DNA from: a virus
Reading direction: 5' to 3' (one strand)
Virus record (IMG/VR): IMGVR_UViG_3300028902_000418
Coordinates: 1 to 11,420 of that record
Length of the DNA: 11,420 bases
The position numbers and the translations under genes are program-made. The number at the start of each line of letters is the position of its first letter. The first letter of the stretch is position 1. Below, in pieces: positions 5,147 through 11,420 of this stretch. The notes below the pieces were generated by a model. The model had not been told where the DNA came from, did not search any database, and worked only from the letters and a program-made list of their open reading frames with translations.

Positions 5147-5182
5147 AAGGGGAGGGGATGTGCACGTCCTCTCCCTTTATTT
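5147..5182 (+). terminator. Rho-independent terminator or attenuator after the major coat gene
   Basis: AAGGGGAGGGGA-tgtgcacg-TCCTCTCCCTTT: 12-bp stem (two G-U pairs) followed by TTTATTT. This matches the placement of the post-gene-VIII terminator in Ff phages. Confidence 0.75.
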
Positions 5183-5203
5183 CGCAAGCGAAAGGGGAAC
5201 ATC

Positions 5204-5527
5204 ATGGCGGGACCTGACTTGTCGGTGATAACAGCGGTGGTTGATTTTGGAAGCGTAGTCGGTGCGGTTTTAGGCGTCGCGGCGGCGTTGATTGTGGCGT
5301 TCGTCGCACAGAAAGGGGCGCGCATGGTTCTTGATGCGGTGCGCGGTGGATCGATGGTAAGCCCGGAACGGTATTACGTTGGTAATGATGGGGAGTCGTG
5401 GACCGAAACCGGTTTACAAGATGCTTGGAATTCGATGGATCATGCAGAGCAAAACGCGTGGGGTAGTTCAAGCAACTTCCTTGAGAATTTCACGGAAGTG
5501 GATAAGAACGGCCGAGTTCTTAAATGA
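5204..5527 (+). CDS. Coat-protein paralog lacking a signal peptide, with a 58-aa acidic Trp-rich C-terminal extension (107 aa)
   Basis: M-AGPDLSVITAVVDFGSVVGAVLGVAAALIVAFVAQKGARMVLDAVRGG aligns without gaps to the mature coat protein (34/48 identical). It begins exactly at the predicted cleavage site. SD AAAGGGGAA lies 5 nt upstream of ATG 5204. The track start at 5138 would read through the terminator hairpin. Confidence 0.7.
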   Translation: MAGPDLSVITAVVDFGSVVGAVLGVAAALIVAFVAQKGARMVLDAVRGGSMVSPERYYVGNDGESWTETGLQDAWNSMDHAEQNAWGSSSNFLENFTEVDKNGRVLK

Positions 5528-5613
5528 ACACAGTTGACGCCTGGTATCTCGTCTTTGCCCTCTATGGCCTTATGGCGTCCTGGGCAATGATCAAAGGTCT
5601 GAGTGATGACTAA
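5524..5613 (+). CDS. Very small hydrophobic protein, 29 aa (pVII/pIX-like size class)
   Basis: MNTVDAWYLVFALYGLMASWAMIKGLSDD. ATGA overlap with the upstream stop (5524-5527), and its stop overlaps the pIII-like start. Below the ORF-track threshold. Confidence 0.4.
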   Translation: MNTVDAWYLVFALYGLMASWAMIKGLSDD

Positions 5614-7042
5614 TCGGCGCGTTGTGTCGTGGGCGGTGGTTGTTGCGCTGCTCGTTTCTCAGGGTAGCGCGTGGGCAGCTCTGCCGGTGATTTATACGGC
5701 GTTGCGGATTGGTGCGCAGTCGTATTCATTGTCCAAGTTGGCGGAAGCGGGGCAAAGTCTGGTTGGACAGGCAGTGAAAGAGCTTGACGCATCGTTGGCG
5801 CCGATCACGAACGCGATAACGGGTGCAGAGTCGACCGCTGTTGGTGTTCGTATTCCGTTATCGACGGATGCTTCGGCAGCGGTGCCGGTTCCGTCAGCGG
5901 CGGCGACGGCGACTGTTGTTTATACGGTCAATAATCCGGGTGGGGTCAGTCCTCCCGAAGTGTTCACATCGTCCACGGCGGCCGGGGCGCAGGCGGCGGC
6001 GTGTAGTGGTTTTACGGCTAACAAGCTGAGTTATTGCGGCGCTACGGCTACGGGTGTGAATTTGCGTAACCAGACGCTTACGGGGTCGACGTGTAACTTC
6101 CAATATCAATGCGTGTTTTCAGGGTCGACAGGGGGGTGGCTTAGTTCTTCGTTGTCGGTAACTGCGGTCGGAGGGTGTCCGTCTGGTTACACGTACTCGG
6201 CGGGTGCGTGTAATTTAACGAATGCGCGGTTGACAGATGCCGTGGCGGACTACTCGCGTAGCGGGACGGGCTTTAGCGTCTATAGCGGTGATACGTGCGC
6301 AACGTGTGATTGGCTGTCGGCTCAGACGATCACTAATACGAATGACACGTTGAGAATAAGCGGCATGACATCGCCGACCGGGGTGGACGTGATTAGTCGG
6401 CCGATGGTGATTAGCGTTCAAAACACGGCGGACGGTGGAAGTGTGTTGACAACGCAAGTTCAAAGAACGGATGGTTCGGGCGCGACCTATACACAGACAA
6501 CAACGATGACAGTGAGTCCGGCGTCGGTGGTTACGGCGGCCACTGTGACCAATACGGCGCAAGCGTTGACGTCGAATGCGGCGGGAAATAGTTGGACGGT
6601 TGGATCTGCTCCAACGTCGTCTTATGCGCCAGCAGCGACGGCGGCGGCTGCTCAAACAATTACATTTCCTAACGACTATGCGAGGCAGGGTGAGGCAGCG
6701 GCGGCGGCGTCCTCGATCAATTCAACGCTTGGGCCGAAGCTCGACAAGCTTGACACGGACATAAACAAGATTACGGAGACCGGGGCCGATCCGGCTGATC
6801 CGACAGTTCCCGGTGACACTGAATGGAATGATGCATTTTTCAAAGACACGTTTACTTCGCTATTAGGCTGGCGGCTGCCGGCGCACAGCTCGCAATGTCC
6901 GGTTGCGTCTTTTGATTTCAACGGCAACACGTATTCAATTAATTCGCATTGTCAGTTGATAGCCGATCACTTCGGGACGCTCTCGGCCGCTATGGCGGTG
7001 GTCTGGACGGTTATAGCGTTGTTTATTCTCTTGGCGGCGTGA
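5603..7042 (+). CDS. pIII-like adsorption / minor coat protein (479 aa)
   Basis: Signal peptide MMTNRRVVSWAVVVALLVSQGSAWA. Cys-rich N-terminal half, Thr/Ser/Ala-rich linkers, and a C-terminal membrane anchor LSAAMAVVWTVIALFILLAA preceded by a Cys pair (SSQCPVASFDFNGNTYSINSHCQL). Position between the coat and pVI-like genes. The start could be GTG 5603 or ATG 5606. Confidence 0.75.
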   Translation: MMTNRRVVSWAVVVALLVSQGSAWAALPVIYTALRIGAQSYSLSKLAEAGQSLVGQAVKELDASLAPITNAITGAESTAVGVRIPLSTDASAAVPVPSAAATATVVYTVNNPGGVSPPEVFTSSTAAGAQAAACSGFTANKLSYCGATATGVNLRNQTLTGSTCNFQYQCVFSGSTGGWLSSSLSVTAVGGCPSGYTYSAGACNLTNARLTDAVADYSRSGTGFSVYSGDTCATCDWLSAQTITNTNDTLRISGMTSPTGVDVISRPMVISVQNTADGGSVLTTQVQRTDGSGATYTQTTTMTVSPASVVTAATVTNTAQALTSNAAGNSWTVGSAPTSSYAPAATAAAAQTITFPNDYARQGEAAAAASSINSTLGPKLDKLDTDINKITETGADPADPTVPGDTEWNDAFFKDTFTSLLGWRLPAHSSQCPVASFDFNGNTYSINSHCQLIADHFGTLSAAMAVVWTVIALFILLAA

Positions 7043-7043
7043 T

Positions 7044-7334
7044 ATGGCTATGCCCCTTCTTCTAGCGCCGGTCCTGACGTGGGTTTTCCGGGAAGTCGTT
7101 GTTAAGTTCCTGGTGTTTACGGCGGTTTTCGCCCTGGTGGCTTTCCTTGTGCCGAAAGCTGTTGCGTACCTGGGCGGCTTCGTCAATCCCGGTGGCTTGT
7201 CGTCGGCGTTCGGTGCGGTCAGTCCGGGCGTCTGGTACTTCCTCGATTTCTTCCAACTCGGCTACGGTGTGCCGCTGGTTATTGCGGCCTACGTCGCACG
7301 TTTCTTGATTCGTAGACTTCCATTCATAGGGTGA
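7044..7334 (+). CDS. pVI-like minor coat protein (96 aa, multi-TM)
   Basis: MAMPLLLAPVLTWVFREVVVKFLVFTAVFALVAFLVP...VPLVIAAYVARFLIRRLPFIG. Small, very hydrophobic, and starts 1 nt after the pIII-like stop, which is the canonical gIII-gVI order. Confidence 0.7.
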   Translation: MAMPLLLAPVLTWVFREVVVKFLVFTAVFALVAFLVPKAVAYLGGFVNPGGLSSAFGAVSPGVWYFLDFFQLGYGVPLVIAAYVARFLIRRLPFIG

Positions 7335-7338
7335 TGCC

Positions 7339-7575
7339 ATGATCATGGACTTAAATTGGTGGAACGAGTTGGCCGGGACGACTCAGCGGGGAGTTAAGCA
7401 GATTCACGAAAAAGGCGTGGACGCCTTCGTTGTCTTGGTCGGTGGCTTCGGAACGTTCGCATCATCGAACGTGAAGGAATCGCAGGATGCCGCGCGACGT
7501 TGGGTCGACACGGGTATTGCAAGGGAACGCGTCCGTATTAAGCGCGTTACGGTTCCATCAAGTCGGATCAGGTGA
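7339..7575 (+). CDS. Hypothetical 78-aa protein in a non-canonical position between pVI-like and pI-like genes
   Basis: ORF track. GGGTGA SD-like sequence 4 nt upstream. No recognisable family. Confidence 0.5.
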   Translation: MIMDLNWWNELAGTTQRGVKQIHEKGVDAFVVLVGGFGTFASSNVKESQDAARRWVDTGIARERVRIKRVTVPSSRIR

Positions 7576-7579
7576 TTCT

Positions 7580-7810
7580 ATGAAACTCGAACCGGTGGAT
7601 TTCACGGCCGTTGACGTCGATCTTCGCCGGATGCGTGGTTTGCTTCGTCGCATGGCGAAGTCGCACCGCAAGAACACGGGGGCGAGCATTCACGAGTCGG
7701 TGAGGGTGGCGCAACTATATATGGCGCATCAATTTGCGCGCCGCCTAACTCCGCGGCTTCGGGAGGCCGTGGCATTCGTCCGTGTGGCGCTTTCGCACGC
7801 GAAAAGTTAG
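7580..7810 (+). CDS. Hypothetical 76-aa basic, helical protein
   Basis: Frame of track ORF 7487..7810. ATG 7580 (MKLEPVDFTAVDVDLRRMRGLLRRMAKSHRK...) lies 4 nt after the upstream stop and avoids a 90-nt overlap. The SD is weak. Confidence 0.45.
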   Translation: MKLEPVDFTAVDVDLRRMRGLLRRMAKSHRKNTGASIHESVRVAQLYMAHQFARRLTPRLREAVAFVRVALSHAKS

Positions 7811-7818
7811 GAGCTGAC

Positions 7819-7965
7819 GTGCTGGAGGAATTCAGGGAGGCGCTGGAAGTAGCGTCTAACATCGGCTTTGTTCTTGGCCTGACGGTGGGGATGGGCTTGG
7901 GTGCCTCGCTCGGTTTTGTACTCGGCTTCCGAATTGGGCAGGGGCGGGACGATCATGTCGATTAA
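7819..7965 (+). CDS. Small membrane protein, 48 aa (below the ORF-track cut-off)
   Basis: AGGAG 5 nt upstream of GTG 7819. MLEEFREALEVASNIGFVLGLTVGMGLGASLGFVLGFRIGQGRDDHVD has one Gly-rich TM. It overlaps the pI-like start by 11 nt. Confidence 0.35.
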   Translation: MLEEFREALEVASNIGFVLGLTVGMGLGASLGFVLGFRIGQGRDDHVD

Positions 7966-9034
7966 GTCCTATGTCGGCCGGATGGGGTCCGGCAAGACTT
8001 ACGAGGTAGTCGCGTCGGTTATCGTTCCGGCGCTCGCACGTGGCCGCCGTGTCGTGTCGAACATCGCCGGCCTAGATCTTGACGAGATTCGCGGGCTACT
8101 GGTCGAACAGGGCGTTCCGTTCGAGAAGATCGGGGTGCTTGTCCTGGTCAATCACGCGGATGTGCTGCTGCCGGAATTCTGGCGCACGGACAAGGATCAG
8201 GCCGAAGGCTTTGACAGTTTCATCCAGCCCGGTGACTTGGTGGCGCTCGATGAAATTTGGCGTTTCTGGGAAGGCTTCGCCAATCGCAAGATGCCTGATC
8301 GGGTGATGAACTTTTTCCGGATGCATCGGCATTTTACGCATCCGGAAACTGGCGTCGCCTGTGACGTGGCGCTAATCACGCAGGACGTGATGGACATCAG
8401 CCGTAAGGTTCGCGCCGTAGTCGAAGAAACCTACGGCATGGAGAAGTTGACGGCCATCGGCAGCACCAAGCGTTACCGCGTCGACGTCTTTCAGGGAACG
8501 AGGACCACGCGCCGACCCTTGCGCCAGCTCCAACGCGAATACGACCCGCGCTATTTCCCGTTGTACTCGTCCCATAGTCAGAAGAAGGAAGGGGACGCGG
8601 ACGCCGTAGAAGAAAACATAGACAGTCGGGGCAACATCCTTAAGGGCGCATTGTTCAAGATCGTGCTTCCGCTCGGTGCGTTGGCGATGGCTGGTGCGGT
8701 CTGGCTGGTGTGGGGCTTCTTCCACCCCGTACAGAAGCCGGCAGCGGCGCAGCTCGATGCCAAGGGCAAGCCCGTAGCGGCTGGCGCCGCGGCGTCGGCT
8801 TCGCAAGCGAAAACATCCCCCGATGTGTCGTCAGAATGGAGAGCGGCCGGCTTCGTGCTTGATTCGTCCGGGTCGTCTGTTGTGCTGGTGGATGGCCGGC
8901 GTGTTCGGGTAGTTCAAAATCCGCCTGGCTTGCGAATCACGCTAGGGTCGGTCGAAATGATTCTCCCGAGTGGTGAGGCCGTGACTTCCTGGGGCGGTCA
9001 TCAGTCGTCCGGGTTGCTTCCGGGGGCGAAATGA
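7955..9034 (+). CDS. pI / Zot-family assembly ATPase (359 aa)
   Basis: MSIKSYVGRMGSGKTYEVV places a Walker A (GxxGSGKT) within the first 15 residues, as in Zot/pI. DEIW is a Walker-B-like motif. There is a central TM (IVLPLGALAMAGAVWLVWGFF) and a periplasmic C-terminal domain. ATG 7955 with a G-rich SD is preferred over the track's GTG 7901. Confidence 0.9.
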   Translation: MSIKSYVGRMGSGKTYEVVASVIVPALARGRRVVSNIAGLDLDEIRGLLVEQGVPFEKIGVLVLVNHADVLLPEFWRTDKDQAEGFDSFIQPGDLVALDEIWRFWEGFANRKMPDRVMNFFRMHRHFTHPETGVACDVALITQDVMDISRKVRAVVEETYGMEKLTAIGSTKRYRVDVFQGTRTTRRPLRQLQREYDPRYFPLYSSHSQKKEGDADAVEENIDSRGNILKGALFKIVLPLGALAMAGAVWLVWGFFHPVQKPAAAQLDAKGKPVAAGAAASASQAKTSPDVSSEWRAAGFVLDSSGSSVVLVDGRRVRVVQNPPGLRITLGSVEMILPSGEAVTSWGGHQSSGLLPGAK

Positions 9035-10278
9035 AGCGCCTGGCGTTCGTGCTGGCGTTGCTGGTGTCTTTGATGGCGCACGGTGAAACCGTGTCCGTGT
9101 CCTTGTCCGAAGTGCGGCTTGTTGATCTGGTGTCTGTGGTCTTTGGGCAGATCAGCAAAGAACCCTATGTTCTGGGGTCGGAGGTCTTGGCTGCCGAGGA
9201 ACGGTACACGCTCGATCTTCGGAATGTCCCGGTGTCTCAAGTCGTAGCGTCGGTCACTGCACTAGCGCAGTCGGCCGGCTTCGAGGTCGAACGGCGCGGG
9301 GGTGTGGTGCGGATCGGCAAGGCGGCCGAGGCGGTAGAGGAATCGATCGTGTACCGGCCGCGTTATCGTTCGGCGCGCTACCTGGCTGACGTGGTGCAGA
9401 GTGTGACCGGGGCGCGTTCGGTGCTGGCACGGTCGCTGCGCAAATCGGAAGATTTGCAGGGAGCAAGGCCCGCAATGGCGGGGCAGGGCGGCCAGATCGC
9501 GCCGGCACAGGTCCAAGGCAGTCCGTCGAGTGTTGAAGGGCAGATAGACCGCAGCGAGGTCGACCAGATCGCGTTTAGCGTGGTTCCGAAGGATGCGGTC
9601 AAGGTCCGCAAGCTCTTGGCCGACTTGGACACGCCGACCGCCGAAATTGTCCTCAAGGCGGTCGTGTACGAGGTCGGCGTTAATCGTGCCGATGGATCGG
9701 CGGTGCAGTTGGCCGTTCACGTCGCTGGCTTGTCCGGCGTGCTGGCCGGAAATGTCCTTTCCGGCGCATCCTTGAAGTTCTCCAGCGGTGGCATAGAGGC
9801 TGTCTTATCGGCCCTGGATGCCGATTCTCGGTTTAAGTCCATCTCTCGGCCTCAGCTGAGGGTTAAAAACGGCGTGCAGGCCCGTTTTAGCGTCGGGCAG
9901 GATGTGCCCGTTGTGGGCCAGGTGCAGGTCGACAAGAACGGCAACCCGGTGAGTTCGGTTGAATACAAGCAAAGCGGGGTGATTCTTACCGCAACGCCTG
10001 AGATTCGCCAGGACGTTATTGAACTGGTCTTGAATCAGGAACTGAGTAATTTCGTCTTGACCAAGACCGGCGTTAACAACTCGCCGACGCTTATTAAGCG
10101 GTCGGTCAATACTCGGTTGCAGCTCGTGCCTGGTGAAGTGGTCATGCTGGCCGGCCTCGAAGATGAAACAGAGGACGAGTCGACTAGCCGGGTTCCGTTC
10201 CTGGGCTGGCTGGTTGGCCAGGATCGAACGCGCAAGCGTTCTGAAATCCTTGTCTTTATCGAGGCCGTGAAAATTTGA
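9031..10278 (+). CDS. pIV-like secretin (outer-membrane export channel, 415 aa)
   Basis: Signal peptide MKRLAFVLALLVSLMAHG. The C-terminal secretin core is recognisable (SRPQLRVKNGVQARFSVGQDVPVVG...YKQSGVILTATPEI...TRLQLVPGEVVMLAGL...SRVPFLGWL). ATGA overlap with the pI-like stop. Confidence 0.85.
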   Translation: MKRLAFVLALLVSLMAHGETVSVSLSEVRLVDLVSVVFGQISKEPYVLGSEVLAAEERYTLDLRNVPVSQVVASVTALAQSAGFEVERRGGVVRIGKAAEAVEESIVYRPRYRSARYLADVVQSVTGARSVLARSLRKSEDLQGARPAMAGQGGQIAPAQVQGSPSSVEGQIDRSEVDQIAFSVVPKDAVKVRKLLADLDTPTAEIVLKAVVYEVGVNRADGSAVQLAVHVAGLSGVLAGNVLSGASLKFSSGGIEAVLSALDADSRFKSISRPQLRVKNGVQARFSVGQDVPVVGQVQVDKNGNPVSSVEYKQSGVILTATPEIRQDVIELVLNQELSNFVLTKTGVNNSPTLIKRSVNTRLQLVPGEVVMLAGLEDETEDESTSRVPFLGWLVGQDRTRKRSEILVFIEAVKI

Positions 10279-10315
10279 TATGCTGTCGGCAAATGCCGAG
10301 AGGATAGGGGGCCGT

Positions 10316-10660
10316 ATGGACGTAACGATCTGGCTTTATCAGACGCAGCAGCGGGCCGGCGAGTGGTTCAATTCGCTTGGGCCGGACGATTTCTATATGG
10401 CTTGGCTGGCGTCGGGTGTTGTCTTGTTTGCTGTGCTGGCCCGTATCTCGTATTTGATCATGCGTCGGGCGTTGGGCCATCGGCGGTTTCGTGGCACCTG
10501 GTACAACGAAATCGAATTTGAAGTGCTGTTGAAGATGATCGAAGAAGATATTGAGTCCGGCCGGCGCGTCATGCGACATGATGAAATGACGTTGTATCGG
10601 TCCGCAAAACTCGGTTGGTCAAGTCCGGTCATTCGCCATAATCCGGGCAGCTATTTCTAG
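10316..10660 (+). CDS. Hypothetical single-pass membrane protein (114 aa), last gene of the rightward operon
   Basis: Track ORF 10280..10660. The in-frame ATG 10316 has a GGGGG SD 5 nt upstream. TM FYMAWLASGVVLFAVLARISYLIM is followed by a charged domain. No recognisable family. Confidence 0.5.
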   Translation: MDVTIWLYQTQQRAGEWFNSLGPDDFYMAWLASGVVLFAVLARISYLIMRRALGHRRFRGTWYNEIEFEVLLKMIEEDIESGRRVMRHDEMTLYRSAKLGWSSPVIRHNPGSYF

Positions 10661-10674
10661 TAGGTGAGGGGTCT

Positions 10675-10713
10675 AAAGCGATACACGATTGCTTTCCGAT
10701 CGCGTATCGCTTT
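10675..10713. terminator. Copy B of the 36-bp repeat; a 15-bp-stem hairpin between convergent operons (candidate bidirectional terminator)
   Basis: AAAGCGATACACGAT-tgctttccg-ATCGCGTATCGCTTT (one A/C mismatch). It is flanked by AAA and TTT. It lies 15 nt after the + strand stop (10660) and 12 nt after the - strand stop (10725). Confidence 0.65.
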
Positions 10714-10724
10714 CGCCTGCGAAA

Positions 10725-10970
10725 TCACGGCCGTTCGTCGCAGCGTTCCCCGCGCTCGATCAGCTCCAGTGCCGTCCGCTGGTCCTTGATCCGCTTCGAG
10801 CCAGCTAGGACCATTTCGCGGATTTTGATCTTTGCGAAATCCCGCTCCTTCTTGTCCTGGCTGGTAATCATCGCCAGCAGCCCGCAACACCGACCTATGA
10901 ACTCGTGCGGGTTCTCCTGGCGGCTGAACTCCATCAAAGCATCCGTCTTGTTGTCGGTGGCGGTTTTCAT
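10725..10970 (-). CDS. Hypothetical 81-aa protein, last gene of the ParB-like operon
   Basis: ORF track. The start forms an ATGA overlap with the ParB-like stop (10967-10970). MKTATDNKTDALMEFSRQENPHEFIGRCCGLLAMITSQDKKERDFAKIKIREMVLAGSKRIKDQRTALELIERGERCDERP. No recognisable family. Confidence 0.55.
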   Translation of the reverse strand: MKTATDNKTDALMEFSRQENPHEFIGRCCGLLAMITSQDKKERDFAKIKIREMVLAGSKRIKDQRTALELIERGERCDERP

Positions 10971-11420
10971 ACCTGGTGTCCCATCTTCACCAGTGCGGCC
11001 GTCCGGTTGGCGTCCTCGATGTGGTTTAGAAATGTTTTAAATGCGGTGTTGTCGCCAAGTTCCTTGATGTTTCCGAGTCGCAGCAGGACATCGATCAGCA
11101 TCATGCCGTTGTTCAAAGCCGGTGCCCATTGCGCCAGGGTCATGCCGGCCAGTTCGGCGCAACGCTCTCGAACGTGCTTGATCAACGCCGCCTTCTGCTC
11201 GGCCTTGAGCGTGTCATACCACTTGGCCGCAACGTCCTTTTCTTCGCACGGCTCATAGATCATGTCGTCAAGCTTCGACCAAGCCCAGGTAACGAACGGC
11301 TTACCGTGTCCCTCGGTCCGTTCCTTGTGGGCCTTGCTCTCGGCCGCTAGTTTCTGCTGCTGCGCCTCAATGTCCTGCAACGTGGCCGGCTTGGTTGGTG
11401 CCTTCGCCTTAAGCTCGGCC
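10967..11420 (-). CDS. ParB/Srx-family protein, C-terminal 3' part (same gene as 1..794; bases 11280-11420 duplicate 1-141)
   Basis: The frame of track ORF 10967..11380 stays open to the window end and is in phase with the 1..794 segment across the junction (794 + 313 nt = 369 codons). The C-terminal region ...SKLDDMIYEPCEEKDVAAKWYDTLKAEQKAALIKHVRERCAELAGMTLAQWAPALNNGMMLIDVLLRLGNIKELGDNTAFKTFLNHIEDANRTAALVKMGHQV has no recognisable family. Confidence 0.85.
   Translation of the reverse strand, partial: AELKAKAPTKPATLQDIEAQQQKLAAESKAHKERTEGHGKPFVTWAWSKLDDMIYEPCEEKDVAAKWYDTLKAEQKAALIKHVRERCAELAGMTLAQWAPALNNGMMLIDVLLRLGNIKELGDNTAFKTFLNHIEDANRTAALVKMGHQV
11280..11420. repeat. Terminal overlap copy 2, identical to 1-141
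   Basis: Same as copy 1. The reading frame of the minus-strand ParB-like ORF is continuous when 11279 is joined to 1. Confidence 0.97.

Larger units (their letters stand above)
1..11420. mobile_element. Complete circular filamentous phage (inovirus-like) genome or replicative form; 11,279-bp unit plus 141-bp overlap
   Basis: Exact 141-bp terminal direct repeat. Full inovirus module in canonical order on one strand: replication initiator, ssDNA-binding protein, ~48-aa mature coat protein, pIII-like, pVI-like, Zot/pI ATPase, secretin. Divergent repressor on the other strand. Confidence 0.85.

Noticed and set aside
5138-5203. Track start ATG 5138 for the coat paralog (N-terminal MPFKGRGCARPLPLFRKRKGNI)
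   Set aside because: This extension is translated straight through the terminator hairpin and has no SD. ATG 5204 has an SD at 5 nt and coincides with the mature coat N-terminus.
5823-6930. Arg-rich ORFs 5823..6029+, 5894..6109-, 6215..6655-, 6576..6764+ and 6676..6930-
   Set aside because: They are off-frame or antisense to the pIII-like gene. Their extreme Arg/Ser content reflects the Thr/Ala/Ser codon bias of that gene.
7901-7954. GTG 7901 start for the Zot/pI gene
   Set aside because: It would place 18 extra residues before the Walker A, whereas Zot/pI proteins carry the P-loop within the first 15 or so residues. ATG 7955 has a G-rich SD.
8079-9720. ORFs 8079..8306+, 8096..8341-, 8197..8397-, 8372..8806-, 8578..8769-, 9254..9508-, 9262..9720- and 9378..9656-
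   Set aside because: They are shadows of the well-supported pI-like and secretin genes.
11018-11047. dif-like AT-rich string GTTTAGAAATGTTTTAAATGCGG. Also AATTTAACGAATGCGCG at about 6210-6230 and GTGTTAAACC at about 2568-2580
   Set aside because: Each matches only a fragment of one dif arm (about 10 of 24 positions when aligned). All lie inside coding sequence.
1-11420. Looked for CRISPR arrays, tRNA/rRNA genes, IS elements with terminal inverted repeats, integrase or transposase genes, and a ParA-type ATPase
   Set aside because: No regularly spaced repeats, no tRNA-like T-arm or acceptor patterns and no recombinase-like ORFs were seen. The only P-loop motif is in the pI/Zot gene.

Overview
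The window is a complete circular filamentous-phage (inovirus-like) genome. Bases 1-141 are identical to bases 11280-11420, so the unit circle is 11,279 bp and the window is a circular contig written with a 141-bp overlap.

The + strand carries a full, tightly packed inovirus core, with many ATGA/TAATG stop-start overlaps. In order it encodes:
- pII-like replication initiator, with an internal in-frame pX-like start
- pV-like ssDNA-binding protein
- small membrane proteins
- signal-peptide major coat protein, followed by an intrinsic terminator
- a signal-less coat paralog with a C-terminal extension
- pIII-like adsorption protein
- pVI-like protein
- three small non-canonical ORFs
- pI/Zot P-loop assembly ATPase
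- pIV-like secretin
- a trailing membrane protein

The - strand carries a divergent HTH repressor with its own strong terminator. It also carries a four-gene, translationally coupled accessory operon whose main gene is a 368-aa ParB/Srx-family protein (GERRFRA motif). That gene crosses the circular junction and is therefore missing from the supplied ORF track.

The accessory operon plus about 0.4 kb of its GC-rich, hairpin-rich upstream DNA is bracketed by two copies of a 36-bp hairpin-forming direct repeat. This suggests a separately acquired module. No integrase, transposase, ParA, tRNA, rRNA or CRISPR array was seen, and no convincing dif-type site.

All functional calls come from motifs, protein architecture and synteny read by eye. 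No database search was run.
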